Source: Cirrosporium novae-zelandiae (Eukaryota). From it: a stretch of DNA of 64,000 nucleotides. How positions within the stretch are numbered: the first letter of the stretch is position 1; every line of letters begins with the position of its first letter. The stretch is from positions 806,001 through 870,000 of the forward strand of contig JAPETS010000008.1 in NCBI GenBank assembly GCA_026023565.1, given 5' to 3'. Shown here one piece after another: positions 49,945-64,000 of the stretch. The position numbers were made by a program, and so were the translations under genes. A model generated the notes under the pieces. It was not told the origin of the DNA. It ran no database searches and saw only the letters and a program-made list of their open reading frames with translations.

Positions 49945-51296
49945 CATGCAGAAGAGATCCATGCTGCCGAATCGAGATAGCACGGGTGGAAGCGCGGAAG
50001 TTGAAGATGGCGCAGTGACACCCTTGTCAGCTACCCAATACTTCGGAATAATGAATGAATAGTGGTTCATAAATATATCCTACGAAGCTACACGAGGCTG
50101 CAAACGCAAGTTGTAAAAAGGTTATGGACAATGCTAGTCTTGTTGTCAAAGATGCTCATCGATCCCCGTCCAATGAGCAGGGAGCAGCACTGCAGACTAA
50201 GCAGGTGGTTATCCCAACGTCTCTCATGCGTGGAGAAATTTGGACTTGATTGAGAAAAGGAGAGGAGACAAACAATCCCAAATGAATACATAGGAGATAC
50301 TTAAATTGTTTAGTTAATACCGAAGAAATGGAAGTCGATAATCAATGGGGCTTACATGAATCAGGCAGCACCTGGTATTGGTAGGATTAATGGCTGCAAG
50401 TTGGCGAGAGATGGTTGGTGCAGTGTGCTCAGATAGTGGCCATGGTTGATATTATTTCTGGTCCTTTTTTGGAGAGACTAACTGACCATGCAGGTATCGT
50501 CATTGATGCAGAAGCAATATCTCCTGGATCCCTTTATTCCTTGTAAATTCGCGTTCATCAACGAGCTCGAACGCACAGAAGAGACATGTGTCGGATTGCT
50601 ATTCACGCGGGGAAGATGGAATTGAGCATCCTTCCCCTGTGATTTTTGGGATATTACCAAAGACTTGGGTGCAGAGGAGGCAAAGAGTGCAGAGTGAATT
50701 GTTGATAGCAGCAGCCATCGCAGGATATCATTTTTTTGTTCGATGTTTTATGTTATTTGAAAGCTGAAGAATTGCGTTGCTGGGTAGGACAACTATTGTA
50801 AGTAGTGCGTCGTGCGCGGCAGTGTACGGTAATTTCCAAGCAGAGCGCGAGAAGAGGGGCGCTAAGTGGTTCGGTATCGCATAGCTACATTGTCAAACTC
50901 CCCCCCCCAAAAAATGAAAAGTAGCCGACTTCTTATCCTCTTTGGCTGCTTACTATCGCGTAATCCAGTAATTCCAAAAAAGCTATCCAGGGAACAGCAG
51001 GTCCAACAATCAATAAACTTGTCTCTTGATTAATACCTTTAGGTATCTTCGTATTCTCGGAGAACGGGGGAGTGCAGCATCGATTGTCACGTCGATCAGG
51101 CTTTTCAGGCCTTCATTCAGTTGCTGCGAGTTTCCTTCGTCTCTCTCGTCTCGATACGATCTATAAAAGCAAGAGAGGTCCTACTACTCCCTCGGTAGGA
51201 TTCCATTTCCTATCAACTTCTATCTCTTGCTCAAACCCTCTTATCTGACCTAAAATCTGTCTTTCTTTGTTTCTACTGGTGCTCTAATCTAACATC

Positions 51297-53196
51297 ATGG
51301 AATCATGCTGTGCCAGATACCAGCCCCCCCCATACCAATATATCCCTCAACACAACTCAAATATCGCCTATCACTGGAAATACCTCAATCAATATATTTG
51401 CCCAGGATACGTCATGGCTGACGATCATCCCATGTCCCCTGAGGAGTATGAAGCCCTTCAAAAGGCCTCTGACGACTACAGGCCAGACCCTACAGTAAGT
51501 TGGCATCTTGGACACTTGTAAATCACAAGCTTAACTCTAGACCAGGGACCATTGATTGGAGAGAAGAAGTCAACAAACTTCATAAAAGAGGAGTATGCTA
51601 AGGCTGATCCTGTATACCAGGAGAAGACAGCCGTGAGCTTAACTATCATCAGTCTTATACATCTAGCCCAACTAACAGATACCCCAGCATCTTCCGCAGA
51701 CATATTCACACTTCCGGACTACAAGGGGAGATGGAAATTGCGGGTGGCGTTGTAGGCTTTACTTGACAGTTATTTGCATCAATTCCTAACTTTTTTTAGC
51801 CGTGGGATTCTGTTACTTCGAGACACTCGCAGAACTGGGAGATCATGCTAAGGTCATGGCCGAATACTCTCGGCTGAAATCCATGAACAATCTCATTAGT
51901 GTCGTTGGCTATGATTTGAGTTTGTATGCCGACTTTGCTGAGCAAACATTTGATCTACTCAAAGAACTTGCCCAGGTCATATTGGACAAACAAGACCCAG
52001 TTCCAATGCTTGTAGAGCGTTTCAATACATTTGAAGTATCAAATGCCATTATTGTCCATTTGCGGGTGAGTTTTATTCCTACCTCCTCCATGGCTAGGCT
52101 AGTTTGTGATGGCCTCTTTTTTCGATACCTCATATACTCCTGGATCTGACAGGTTCCTATGCAGGTTATGACAGGTGCCTGGTTACAGACACACATAGAA
52201 CAATATCAACCCTTTCTACTCGATCAAACGATTTCTCAATATTGCAAGTCCACGATCGACCCTTTCCATCCTGAAATTGACAATCTCGGAATGCAAGCGT
52301 TGATCGACGCTGTCATTCAGCCTGCCGGTATAGCTGTTGAAATACAGTACCTTGACCGCAGTGCAGGCCACGAAGTCAACGTGCTTAAATTTCAGGCACA
52401 GAACCCGGATGGCACTCCTATTGATCCGAATGCTCCTACTTTTCGATTACTTTATCGCCCGTAAGAATTTCTATTTCAAGTTTAACTTCAGAAAGGCTAA
52501 AATCTATAATAGCGGGCATTATGACATATTGTACAAGATTGCTCTACCACCAACCACGGTCGCCTATGCGACTGATGTCTCTGCCATGGACATAAGGGAT
52601 ATCCCATCGATGTCCTGGAATGACCCCAGTCAGGGATATGGGATGTCAGGACCCGATGGGCGATATCCCTCTTATGATTTCACTTGCTTCTATGGCTTTT
52701 CCTTTGCAAATCCTGATGAACGATCTTCTTCTTATTCCTCGCCGTATGCAAGCATGCCTCAGTCATTTGCACCTCCTCCCCCCTCTCCATATCCTCCAGT
52801 ACTGCAACCTCAGATGAGTCCAGTCTCTAGTCCCATGCAGCAGTCACCTTTAGAGTCGACTCAGGCTTCATCAATGCTGGCTGCGGTCGCCGGTTCACCG
52901 ATTCGTCTCAACAGTCAGATGTTAGTCACTCCCCCATCACCGCCAAAGATGCCTGAGGAGCCAGTGACGAGACCAATGCGAGAGTAAGTTCGATTTACCT
53001 GGTGTTTATTTCCCCTCCGAGCCCATCCTCCAATCATTGTGGACCAGTCGTAGAACATAGCCAGGATAATATACTCCCTCATACACTCATGCTGACTCCT
53101 GTCTTTCCTTTTATCAATAGATCACAAGTCAATAAACGGCATTATGCCAACGAACACTTTCAACCAGAGCTTTGTCAACCTGGGAATTTCAAATAA
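51297..53196 (+). CDS. Otubain-like ubiquitin thioesterase (peptidase C65) with Pro/Ser-rich C-terminal tail
   Basis: KGDGNCGWR|AVGFCYFE (catalytic Cys), YLDRS, LLYRP|GHYDILY (catalytic His); several introns. Start is ATG 51297 or 51414. Confidence 0.88.
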
Positions 53197-55126
53197 TTCT
53201 TCTCGTTGTCGTGCCCACCCTTAAGATATCAATAAGTCGCTATGACCTTTCCACAACTACACTAGGTTTTTAGAGCCAGGGAATATTCAAGGAGGGTATG
53301 AATGAGCTACGATACGTCAAAATAGCATGAAGAAAACTCTATTAGAATGCCTTTCCACGACTGACAGCAGTCACTTTACGTCGAAACACAAGGAATGAGA
53401 AGGATATTGATGTGCACAAACTTGCTCAGGGATTCGTCAGCATGAACATAGCTCCCGGGTGACCTGCTGCGTATTTATTTCACTTTTTGTTTCTTGGAAA
53501 AGAGAAGAAAACACATATGGCAAATAAGAAGAATAGGGTACACATCTTTATTTTACGGGCACCACATTTTTTTTTTTTGCATAAAATTGCTGGCGGATGA
53601 ATGAACGAACGAATGAACTCGTAATGACCGCATAAGATATATCTTAGATGCTTCGATATAGCTTTCCATTTTCTCCCTTTCTTTTTATTGTCATTATAAT
53701 TTATTATTCTGATCATAAAATAGCACAATACTAGGCTTCGGAATAGTTCAAATAGTTGGTAGTCGAAAAAAAACAAGACTAGCTTATTTATTTCATTTGG
53801 AATATATGTGTATATCACCTTTTTTTCCAACCTCTTCCCCGTTTATATATTTTCGTACAAATAACTACCAAACCAACCAACATACAAAAAAGAAAACACC
53901 TTTATAAACCCCCCCTCAATTCATTTCATCTCCTCCCCTCCCTCTCCCAAAAACAAAACATGGAAAGACTAATCCAATCAATTACATCAATGACCTAGTC
54001 ACCCACCTGCCTCCCAAACCTCCCAAACGTCTCAATAATTAAATAACATAGATTATGCGTAATGTTGATGTTGATGTTTATATGTTTATATGTTTATAAC
54101 TTAGAAATTGGAAGTTGGAACATGAATATGAACTAACTACCTTTACCTCCCCCCCAAAAAATGAAGAATTAAATCAAATCGATTATCTATATAAACCTCA
54201 ACCTCTGCTACAAGTCACTTAAGACCATAATAACACCAAGTAAATAAAAAATATATATATTTAAAACTTAGTCTAACTTGTAACCAAGACACGAGGTAGT
54301 TATGGTAAATATTGCTTGTACAGTAAGTACTATACAGTAAGTTCTCTTAATTCTTCTCTTTCTCTCTTTTTACACTATAGACTATCGATAAATCCTTTCT
54401 GCGCTCTGCTCTACTCTCCTCAACAATCAAGCATATTACCACCAACATCAATCAATACAACCAATAAGTCCCCCTTTTAGTAAGTAGGCGCTCTTACAAC
54501 AGTTCAAAAAGTTCAAAAAAAAAATCAGACTAAATCAAATCAAATCAAATATGAATTTCAACCCCGAACACATAAATTTATTATATTCATTCATGCATGT
54601 ATAACATAGCATTTTCATTCCGAGAGCCATTATTAGTTTAACCATTAGAATATCGCAAATAAAAAAATAATAAAAAAAATAAAAAAAAGCCCCTTATTAT
54701 TGCCCATCCCATGCCCATTCCATCCCATCCATTGTATGCTATATTCCATAAAAGCCATTTTTTTAAACTTTGCTCTTTGCTCTGTTGTGCATTCAGCATT
54801 CATCATACATGTGATGTTATCTGCCAGTTGTCCTGATCCATTACCCGTTATCCGTTATCCCTAATCCCTCTCCCTTGGAAAGAGGTAAATAAAACACCTC
54901 CAACCAATCGCTGGAACGCCAGGAAGAAAAAAAAAGGGGGGGGGGGTATTAAGATAGAATACAAGGAAGGGGGGGGTTTTGGGGGCATACATGAACGAGT
55001 ATAAGAAAACGTATCATGCCTGAAAACGAGGAAAATAGATAAGGTAGGTTATGTGGGGAATCAGAAGATCTTTCTTGGGACTGTTACCGTGGGAGTCACT
55101 GTACGCAAAGTTCCCTGCTATCAGAT

Positions 55127-58100
55127 CTACCCGACTGTATCCCAACCTCCACCTTCCAATGCCCTTGCTCCGTCTGTTCCGTCCAGAACTCCTCCTTTCA
55201 GCCCATTGCAGCTGAATAAATTAACATGCAAATCACCCAGCGCCCCGACCGCTAGCATCATTCTATGCGGGTGAAATGCTGTGCTTAAGATTGGCTGCTG
55301 GTGACTCCTTCCATAATGATGCGCCAACAGCGAACGCGAGTATGGGAATGTAGAAGAAAGAAGTGTGCCAGATGTGTTGTATAGTGAGACTGTGTTGGTG
55401 CTGAGGCCAGCACTGAAGACGGGGGCATGTTCGTGAAGAGAGAGTGTACGGAGAGTGGTATGCTGGGAGTCTGTTCCATCGCGGCCTTTGAGCACATCAA
55501 ACGTACGGACAGGTTGGGCCAGACGGAGGTCCCATAGTCTGACTTCACCATTCCTGCTCCCAGACACTAGTTCCCGAACGCCACCACGCTGCATATGAAC
55601 ATTCGTGATCCATTGCTTGTGTTCTCGCCATGCTCGGATCATACACTGGTGGGGACGCATCCGTTGATCAAAGACACGAATAGCACCGTCGCCAAAACCT
55701 GCAACAAAAATATTGCAAGCAAGTTGATCCGAGGTTAGAGACGTGATGCATGAACCAGAACGCGCAGGGATATCTAATGTGCATACCTCCGTTGCTGCAT
55801 TCCAGACTTTTATAACTTTCACGTCTCCAGCAACGAGCGCCTTCCCTTGTCCTTGTAGCCACTCGAATACAAGACCTGCGTTTTTGTTGCTAGGGACCAT
55901 GTCTGTGAGGGCACGCCAAGCGGAGACAATTTCAACTTTTGAGGGAGAATCGTAGTTGCGGAATAATTTTATGACGCCGTCCGAGGAACCAAGCATGAGG
56001 AGGGCTTGATCATCTTCGTTTATGAAGCGGGCTCCGGTTATGCGGCTGGTTGGAGGATTGGCAGCCGAGAAACGGGAGAGACGAATTTGGCGTTGCCAAT
56101 CCCAGACGCTGAGTAAAGGATATTAGTTTTCTTCTATTTTATAGAACTCTGGATACGAAAGAAACTTCTCTCAAAGTTACTTACCATACTCCATCACGAT
56201 CATCGGCTGTTACTAGATGATCTTCAAATTGATGAAAGCACATTTTCACAGGCTGGCTCCCATTGTTCATAAATCCTGTCGCATTGTCCCATCGATTACT
56301 TCCGGCTGCTACTTTCAGAGGCTGATTATCGGCAATTATCCTCTCATTCCTCACTCTCCGCCAAAGACGTTGGTTGTAATCCGCGCTTCCGGGCTCATCG
56401 GGTTCATTAGGCTTCATTTGGGGTTCCCGGAAGTACTTATCGAATGGGGCAAAGTAAGTATATATTCTTTTTGGATTTGGTTTTAGGTGGACTATGATAT
56501 TTACCTCTGCGGACCATTCAAAAAATCTGCTCTCCAAGGGGATTATAAGGGTTTCCTTCATGTCTCGATCTTTGAAATTACGTGATTTAGGGACGTCGGC
56601 ATGACGATAAGAAGATGAGGGGGTTGTATGATCAAGTGCTTCAGGGGGACGCGTCCATTCGGCGGGTGCTCTTGGTCGTGGTGGTGTAGAAAACCTATTG
56701 GATGTTATATCTTGTGATAGACGGCGAGGTGAAGAAGCTGGTTCGCTGTCTCTATCTGAGGCGTGATTGCCAGAAACTAGATTCCTGAGTGAAGCTGCTA
56801 CACTCGCTGTTCGCTTCAGGCCTAAAGACAGATAGCCGGGTCTACTCTCTGTATGTTGTTTGGATGGAGATGCATTTGTTGAGGGAGGGGGTTCAGGAGC
56901 CTCGGTTATATTACCTTTGGAAGAATTCTGTTTCCGAGATAAGCGCACGATATCGTCTATAGCAGACTGTGCCAGATCAGAAAGAGGGGATTGTAGCAAG
57001 GCCTCATGAATATAGTCCACAACTATTCCGGCATCACGCTTCACTTCAGGGAACGGGTCGACAGAGAGTATGAGAAGCTGCTTCCAGAGAGATGCAAAAA
57101 CAGTATTGCGAGATACTAAGTCATTTAACGAACTGCGTTCTCTAGGCGGCGAAGAACGACTAGGGCTAAATATACTGTGATCAGTTGCGCCCATGGCATC
57201 CACGGGTGGGTGCAAATAATTGTCTCTTTCCTCTAGGAATTGTTCGTAGGCAACGACGAGAAATTTATTCTCATACCGTTTAATAAAGGCAGAGAAGAAG
57301 ACAGAAAGCTCCTTTCGCACCATTGGACTTCCGTCGGTGGTCATTATTAAGACGCTCGATGCAATCGATTCCTCAATTTGAGCTACCTGATCTGTGACAT
57401 CCGGGATACCTAGGAAGTTTGTTAGGGCATGTAGCATGGCTGCTCGAACTTCTGGCACAGGGTCTAGGACCAATTCGCATAATCTCTGATGTGCTAGGCA
57501 GCGGATCCCAACCCATTTGGCCTCTGGATGGTTCACCCATAACATGCTGATACAAAGACATGACCATTGCCTGAGCAGAGGATTATCTAGGTCTAGCAAG
57601 TGTTTGAGGCAGGCTTCAATAAGTTCTGGGGAGAGACAGACAACCTGCCCTTGATGATAGTCCTTACAGAACATGGCGATGATGAATGCACACATTGCTC
57701 GATGTTCGCTGGCATTCCCCACAGGAATCACATTCATCGGGCTTAGGATGCTGATAAAGTACTGGTAACCACTGTCCTTCAGAAGATCGTTTTGGCAGGT
57801 CTGATCAACAGCAAGAATTCTCGCCCAGATGAAAACCATTACTGGTTTCAACTCTTGTGCAGCCGATTGAAGTAACTTTAGGACATACGGGAAAATACCA
57901 ATGCTGAGGGCAAGGTTGACAGCCCATGGTCCGAGGTCGAGAAATTTACTCAAAAGAATCAATGCTCGTAGACGATGAGCTTGGCTTAAAAGAACTTGGA
58001 GAACAATAGGTAACTGGGAAGGTATATTATGTTCTGTGGCACCTTGGGTCAGGTAGACTTCAAATGCAGTAAGTTGTTCAGAGAAGAAGGCAGAGTGCAT

Positions 58101-59845
58101 ATATTCGTAAGGTCGCCGCTGGGCCTCGCCCTCAAGGAGATTGGGAAGTTGAGAGATGACCATCTCGATAGCAAGATCCCAACTCTGCCACAATGGGTGA
58201 TGGTGGGTTTCTGGGAGCTCAGGTATTGACATAGGATGACAATGATGTGCCCGCATAATTCGTTCGCTGAGAAGAAAATTACGAAATAGTGCCGCAACCA
58301 TTAAATCCTGTCTAAAGAGTTTTTTGAATAGTCCTCGAGGCAGTGTGTTCCATGCTATTGTGTCTGTAATCGCTGTAAAGATCCAGTTTAGTTCTCCCAA
58401 CGGGCTTCGTCTATCCTGTAGTCGGCCTGGCACATGAAACTCCTCCATAGTAATTCCAGCGGGGAGGGGGTTTTCGAGAAGGTAATATCGTAAAGCAATA
58501 TCTATAGGAGTTGTCAAGCAACATGTGAAGAGATCCGATGGGAGTTCTGGATTTGTAGGAAGTGTCTCCGTGCGCCCACATGCAGCTAGTAGAATACAGT
58601 CCGAGAAGCTTTGCAATTGAGCAGTTGGCTCCCTTTTCCTAACTTCTTGGTTCTCTCGCTCATGCCTGTCCACATTAGCGGGGAAATTATGGAGAATGTT
58701 TCCAGCATGAGAACAGTCGAGGACATAAAGGCTGGGACCGGCAAGCCACCCCACGACATCATGGAGGGATATAGGGATATACTGGGTGTAGTTTTTGTTA
58801 AAAACCCACAGTTCACCTGATTGTGTGGGTAGCGGAACTCCATGGCCGTTGTAATGGAACAAAATCCGTTCATCTTTCGCATTTCTTCGAAGAGATACGC
58901 AGAATTTCTTCATTTCATCTACCGAAGGGTCCAGGTACTGTTTGTATCTCGTTCGTATGCTGAGTGTCTCATACTGTTCTTGGAGCTTCTTCCCAATCTG
59001 TTCCATGACCTTGGTGGCACCACTTGTTGTAGCAGTCGGATCTACCCAGCATTCAAGCTTCGCACAGGGGTTTGGCTTGACTACATCTGGAGGATCAACA
59101 CCAATATTGAGGCAAATCACCAAGGCGGCTGAAACAGTCTTTAAACGGTCCTTCATCCTCCATTCCTGGAACTGATCGCTCTCAGTTATTGTTTTCGGGT
59201 TTCCGCCTGTTTCGTGTCGCTTGTCTGTAAAGTACATATAAAAGGACTAAAGTGATGTTAGTGCAAAAGAAATGGGTCAAAGATTGCAGTCGTACCTACC
59301 GAATGCAAAAGTTGCAAATATTCTCCAGATGCATACTCATCCTCCCATCCATGCCTCATATTCCACCCATCATCCTCCGAACCAGTTTTTTCAACGCCGG
59401 ATTTTCCCACCGCAGGACTTTGAGATCGCGGTCCAAAATCACTTTTTGTGCGCACCAATGCTTTTGATGCAGGATCCTTACTCTGGCCATTTAGTCCATC
59501 ATCTTGCTTTATCCCATTTGTTACGCCATTATTGACATGAACTATTGAAAGATCTGAGGGTGTTCTGCCATTTGGAGTGATTGCAGTTTTTGGTCGCCCG
59601 ACAGAAAAGGAATTTATAAAAGGTTGCTGTTGAAATGCTGGGGTGTTTTCATTTGGCCTGAGAGGCTGTGGGGTTGTCAGGCTGGAGCTTTGATGCGACG
59701 GGGTATTGTCGTCGAGGTTGAATGTTAGTCGTCGACCGATGTTTGGGGTTCTCCTGGGGAGGTTCACTTGAGCATTATATCCATTCGCGACAGCACGATG
59801 CTGCATGTCCGGCGCCATAATTGCTTCTGAGGGTACGATTTTCAT
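55127..59845 (-). CDS. KOG1: TORC1 subunit Kog1/Mip1/Raptor
   Basis: RNC domain (WRMKDRLKTVSAAL, FHYNGHGVP, DLFTCCLTTPI), HEAT repeats (VLLSQAHRLRAL), C-terminal WD40. Three introns; alternative start ATG 59818. Confidence 0.96.
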
Positions 59846-62102
59846 TTCCTCATTGTTCTTTGGAGAAGTTGCAGAAGTGGCGAGGAAAAACTAATCTCAT
59901 GGAGATTTCGGATGATGTTTACACTTTTATTCGTAGAGAGTCAGATTCGGTGGATCATCAGAAGATATTTGGGAGGAGGTTGGGTGAGTGTTGGGCGAAA
60001 GGGAAGCTCGTAAGTTGCTGAGCTACCATGGGACTGTACAAGCTTTGACCGAGACCTCTACGGTAAGAAGAGGAGGGTTTGAAGGAGGCTGTCGATGTTT
60101 ATTTTTAATAATGATGAACAAGGGAGGGGACAGGTAATAAACAATCAGAATTACACAGAATCAAAGAAGATGTACCTATTAAAGTAGAATTTAATTGAAG
60201 AATGCTGTGAAAATGAATATCAAAAGCTGGCCAGTGATCAATGAGTGCGTGAGTGAGTGACCTCTATTTTCCTGTTACCTTCTCTCCGCCAAAGATCCAA
60301 GGCTAATATGTAATATGAGCCTAAACAAGAGCCGCATCGTTCAGTAGTCGGCTCCAAGTTCCGATCCCTTGTTTCCCCTCTCTCACGGATCGCTTTAGTA
60401 TCCTCAAGTAGCTTCAAAATGCTGAAGGTCTACTATATCTACCTAGGTACCTTCAACATAGCTGCTATGTCTTGCTCGGTCTTGACTCTCAATGACATTT
60501 CCCTGACGGCATCTACCGTTTGCCAAGCACACAGAAAAAATACCTGGATACTTTTCAGTTCTCACATTTCACTTTCTACATAATTAATTATTAATTAATT
60601 ATTTCTCATATCTCATTCACTTCATCATTCTTTAAACAACCGATATATAGCAAAAAAAGATCCATTTAGAATTTGACCAAGTTAGAGTACGAATTATGAA
60701 GTAATTAGCAGGCTCTGACCTTGTACATCAGGATACTCTCATACGGTCAACCCGTATATTTAAATCCCGTGGTCGATTCTTTCTCGTGCTAGGCAAGGCC
60801 TTCCATGTTCTTAACAACGTCATGTTCCACTATTCGTGTTACTATTTCCATTGATTTACAAGACAGTTTTAGTAGCACGTATTTTTGGTTTAGATTGCAG
60901 AATTCTGAATACGAAGGAGGCGCGTAATTTAAAAAAAAAAGGTTGGAAGTATGCACTTAATATTAGACGCGTTTTTCGAAGGTTTAAGTTGTTTAACTGA
61001 TAGCAGAAGGTAGCAAGTAGTTAGTGGGAACAGGAAGAGGTTGGGATAAGAAAGTTTATGTCTGTAGGAAAATAAATAAGAATCAGAGTAGACATTACTG
61101 CATTGTTTGTAATGTAGGTCTTATAGTAAATGTCTTTTAATAGGATTGATTACCTAGATACTTTGTGGAAGCGGATGGATTAGAGAACGAAGGGAGGGAA
61201 GAATTTTTTTTTTTTCGTGACGATCCCCCTAAAATGGATGAAACAACTAGAGTAGAGAGTTCTCTCTTTGGTCGTTCCTCTTTACTTTCTATGGCTTACA
61301 GTATGGTCGTAGAGTCCTAAAACCTGTCCTGTCCAAGCCTTTCATATCCCAAAGATCCCAAGGGTTATTCACACCTGCCTACCTTCCACCCCCCAAATTA
61401 TCTCTCAGCCCAGCCAGGCGATTGAATTTTTGCTTTGACATGTATAAACCCTTTTTCGGACCTGTCTAAATTTCTCACACCTTCTTTTGAACCCTTCTTT
61501 ACACCCTTGATATATCAAGCTATCTACCTGCTACATCCAAGGCCGATAAAAAAATAAAAAACATAAAAATAAATAACCATACCACACCAGTACCAGTACT
61601 GATACCCATACCAATACCAAAAGCAAAGTTCCTCTGCTCCATTTTTACCCCTGGACGGAAGCGCGGGCCATCTCCGCCCCTTGTTCGGCTTTTGATTCGC
61701 TTTTCTTGCTGAGGAACAACAATTATTCTTTTGCTGGCCCCAGAGCAAGCCTGCAAGGCCCAAAGGCCCCATCCCCAATCTCCAATCTCCAATCTTCCAA
61801 CCTCGATCCATCCAAACATACCTACCTCGCCGCCACCAAATAATATTCAAGCGCCCTGCATAATTGAACCTTTCGTTATTCCAACTGTTTCCGTGTTTCC
61901 ATCGTCATCTTGGGTCCGATGCTTCGATCAAGTCCACCAACTTCGTCCCGTCTCATACAATCATCGGTCAATCCATTTAACCCTCACTCCTGACTCGCGC
62001 AACTAATCCTCAAATCTCCATTTTTGGTAACATAGCTACGATATCGAATTGCGTAGCGTTCGAGGGAAATAGAGCCGCTGAGCTCGACCGATTTCGGTGC
62101 CC

Positions 62103-64000
62103 ATGGCGTTTTTGTTCAAGTCCAAGAAACATAACAATGCGCTTCCACCTTCTTCTGCACGGGAAATACACACACCGGACAGTGCAACCCGTCCAGCACC
62201 GAACAACAATGCAACAGGAGGAAGGCCCAGGAGGCCATCACAGACACCCACTCCTGGTAGTAGTGTCAACAACTCTTTAAGCTCGTTACGTGGGCCACTA
62301 TCAGAAAGCCCCGAGTCGAAAGTCAAGGGAAATAGTTCGCTCGAAAGGTTAATAGAAGAACCGGTAAAGGTATGTCGAGAATGCCTAATTTCTTAATTAT
62401 TTACGGCCTTGAAGGATTTCGGTCACTGCTCGTGTTTACTGACGGATTTCACTACCTTTAGGTACAACAAAATGGGCCAATGGGACCTCCTACCACCAAA
62501 CCTCCAGGTGGTCCTCCCCCCACAAGCCCACCACCAAATAACCCAAACGCTTCCTTATATCCATGGTCACAGCGGCGGTTTAAGTTCACCTCTTCGCAAG
62601 CTCCGCCGTTTCCCCGATATGGAGCTGCTATTAACTCTGTATCCAAGGAGGGTGACATCTACATGATGGGTGGCTTGGTCAACGGTTCAGTAGTCAAAGG
62701 GGATCTATGGATGGTTGAGGCTGCAAGTGGTAACCTTTCTTGTTACCCTATACCGACTTTTTCAGATGGTCCAGGTCCAAGAGTTGGTCATGCTAGTTTA
62801 CTTGTTGGCAATGCATTTATCGTCTTCGGTGGAGATACAAAAACCGAAGAGAATGACACATTGGATGATACCCTGTATCTTCTAAATACTTGTAAGTAAC
62901 ATGGTTATTTGTGTGGTAACTGTCTAACCAAATTGCAGCTTCTCGTCACTGGTCAAGAGCCAACCCTTCCGGTCCAAAGCCCGCAGGTCGATATGGCCAC
63001 ACACTAAACATTCTAGGGTCAAAAATCTACGTTTTTGGTGGACAAGTCGAGGGGCTATTCTTCAATGATCTGGTTGCTTTTGATCTGAATTCTCTTCAAA
63101 CTGCGAATAGCAAGTGGGAATTGTTATTAAAGAATACTATGGAGGGCGGACCACCAGCAGGCTCAGTTCCCCAGCCTAGAACCAATCATTCGGTTATCAC
63201 CTGGAACGAGAAACTTTTCCTGTAAGTGTAACTGCTTTCTTTGCTTTTTTTCTGGTGGCTTATTGAATGCAGGTTCGGCGGAACAAATGGCGAACAATGG
63301 TTTAATGATGTTTGGACTTACGACCCTCAAACTAATTCCTGGTCTGCACTCGATTGCATTGGATACATACCAGCTCCACGTGAAGGCCATTCAGCTGCTT
63401 TAGTGGGCGACACGATGTATATTTTTGGAGGCAGGACAGATGAAGGGCATGATCTTGGTGATCTGGCAGCTTTTCGGATTCCATCGCGACGCTGGTATAC
63501 CTTCCAAAATATGGGACCCGCCCCCTCTCCTCGTTCTGGGCACAGCATGACAGCGTACAATAAACATATCATAGTTATGGCAGGAGAGCCAAGCTCTTCG
63601 ACACGTGACGTGGGAGAACTCAGCCTGGTATATATTCTGGACACATCAAAAATTCGCTATCCAAATGACCAGCATGTGCAGCAAACCCCCGCCGGGGAAA
63701 GGGTTCCTGGAAATCGCCGACCGAGCGGTAATAGGGAAATGATAAGGGGGGGCCCTACCCAGCATCGGGAGAGCCCCAATGGACCCCCGGACGGTATGAA
63801 GGGCAGACATACTCCTTCACGGGAGAGCATTATGGGTGGACCTCCTGGACAATCTCCAAGGAACGTTGACCCAAACACCATGAATGGTGGTCCTGTTGGA
63901 AACATGGGCTCTAGGCTCCCCCGTGCTTCGATGGCTCAAAGCCCACCTGGTCCACCTCCACAACAACAAGCACCTGTCCCGCAAACAAATGGCAATGGGC
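62103..64000 (+). CDS. Kelch-repeat cell-polarity protein, Tea1/Kel1/Kel2 family (3' end outside window)
   Basis: LYPWSQRR, PFPRYG, GPGPRVGHASLLVGNAFIVFGGD, GRYGHT, PREGHSAA, PSPRSGH; three introns visible. Confidence 0.92.

Noticed and set aside
53200..55050. Long AT-rich region between the otubain and Kog1 as a possible element
   Set aside because: Homopolymer-rich convergent 3' UTR/terminator sequence with no terminal repeats or coding remnants seen.

Overview
Gene-dense, intron-containing nuclear DNA from a filamentous ascomycete (Pezizomycotina-type genes, short GT-AG introns with CTRAY branch points). It holds about 20 mostly conserved genes: mitoribosomal mL38 and uL4m, Ehd3/mS47, a Rad4/Dpb11 BRCT protein, Fzo1, Did4/Vps2, Imp1, DUF1264, glyoxalase II, Las1, Rho3, Cwc25, Csn2, an otubain, Kog1/Raptor and the 5' part of a Tea1/Kel1 kelch protein. 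There are two accessory patches. At about 4.9-9.4 kb is a secreted two-domain ceruloplasmin-like cupredoxin with an altered trinuclear copper site, bracketed by short inverted repeats and followed by a LaeA-like methyltransferase / fungal-kinase pseudogene chimera. At about 29.5-40.4 kb is a roughly 9 kb gap with no recognisable gene, followed by a disrupted Fre7-like metalloreductase that still has Mac1-type elements upstream. No tRNA, rRNA or CRISPR array was recognised. All identifications are by eye from motifs and recalled family features; no database search was run.
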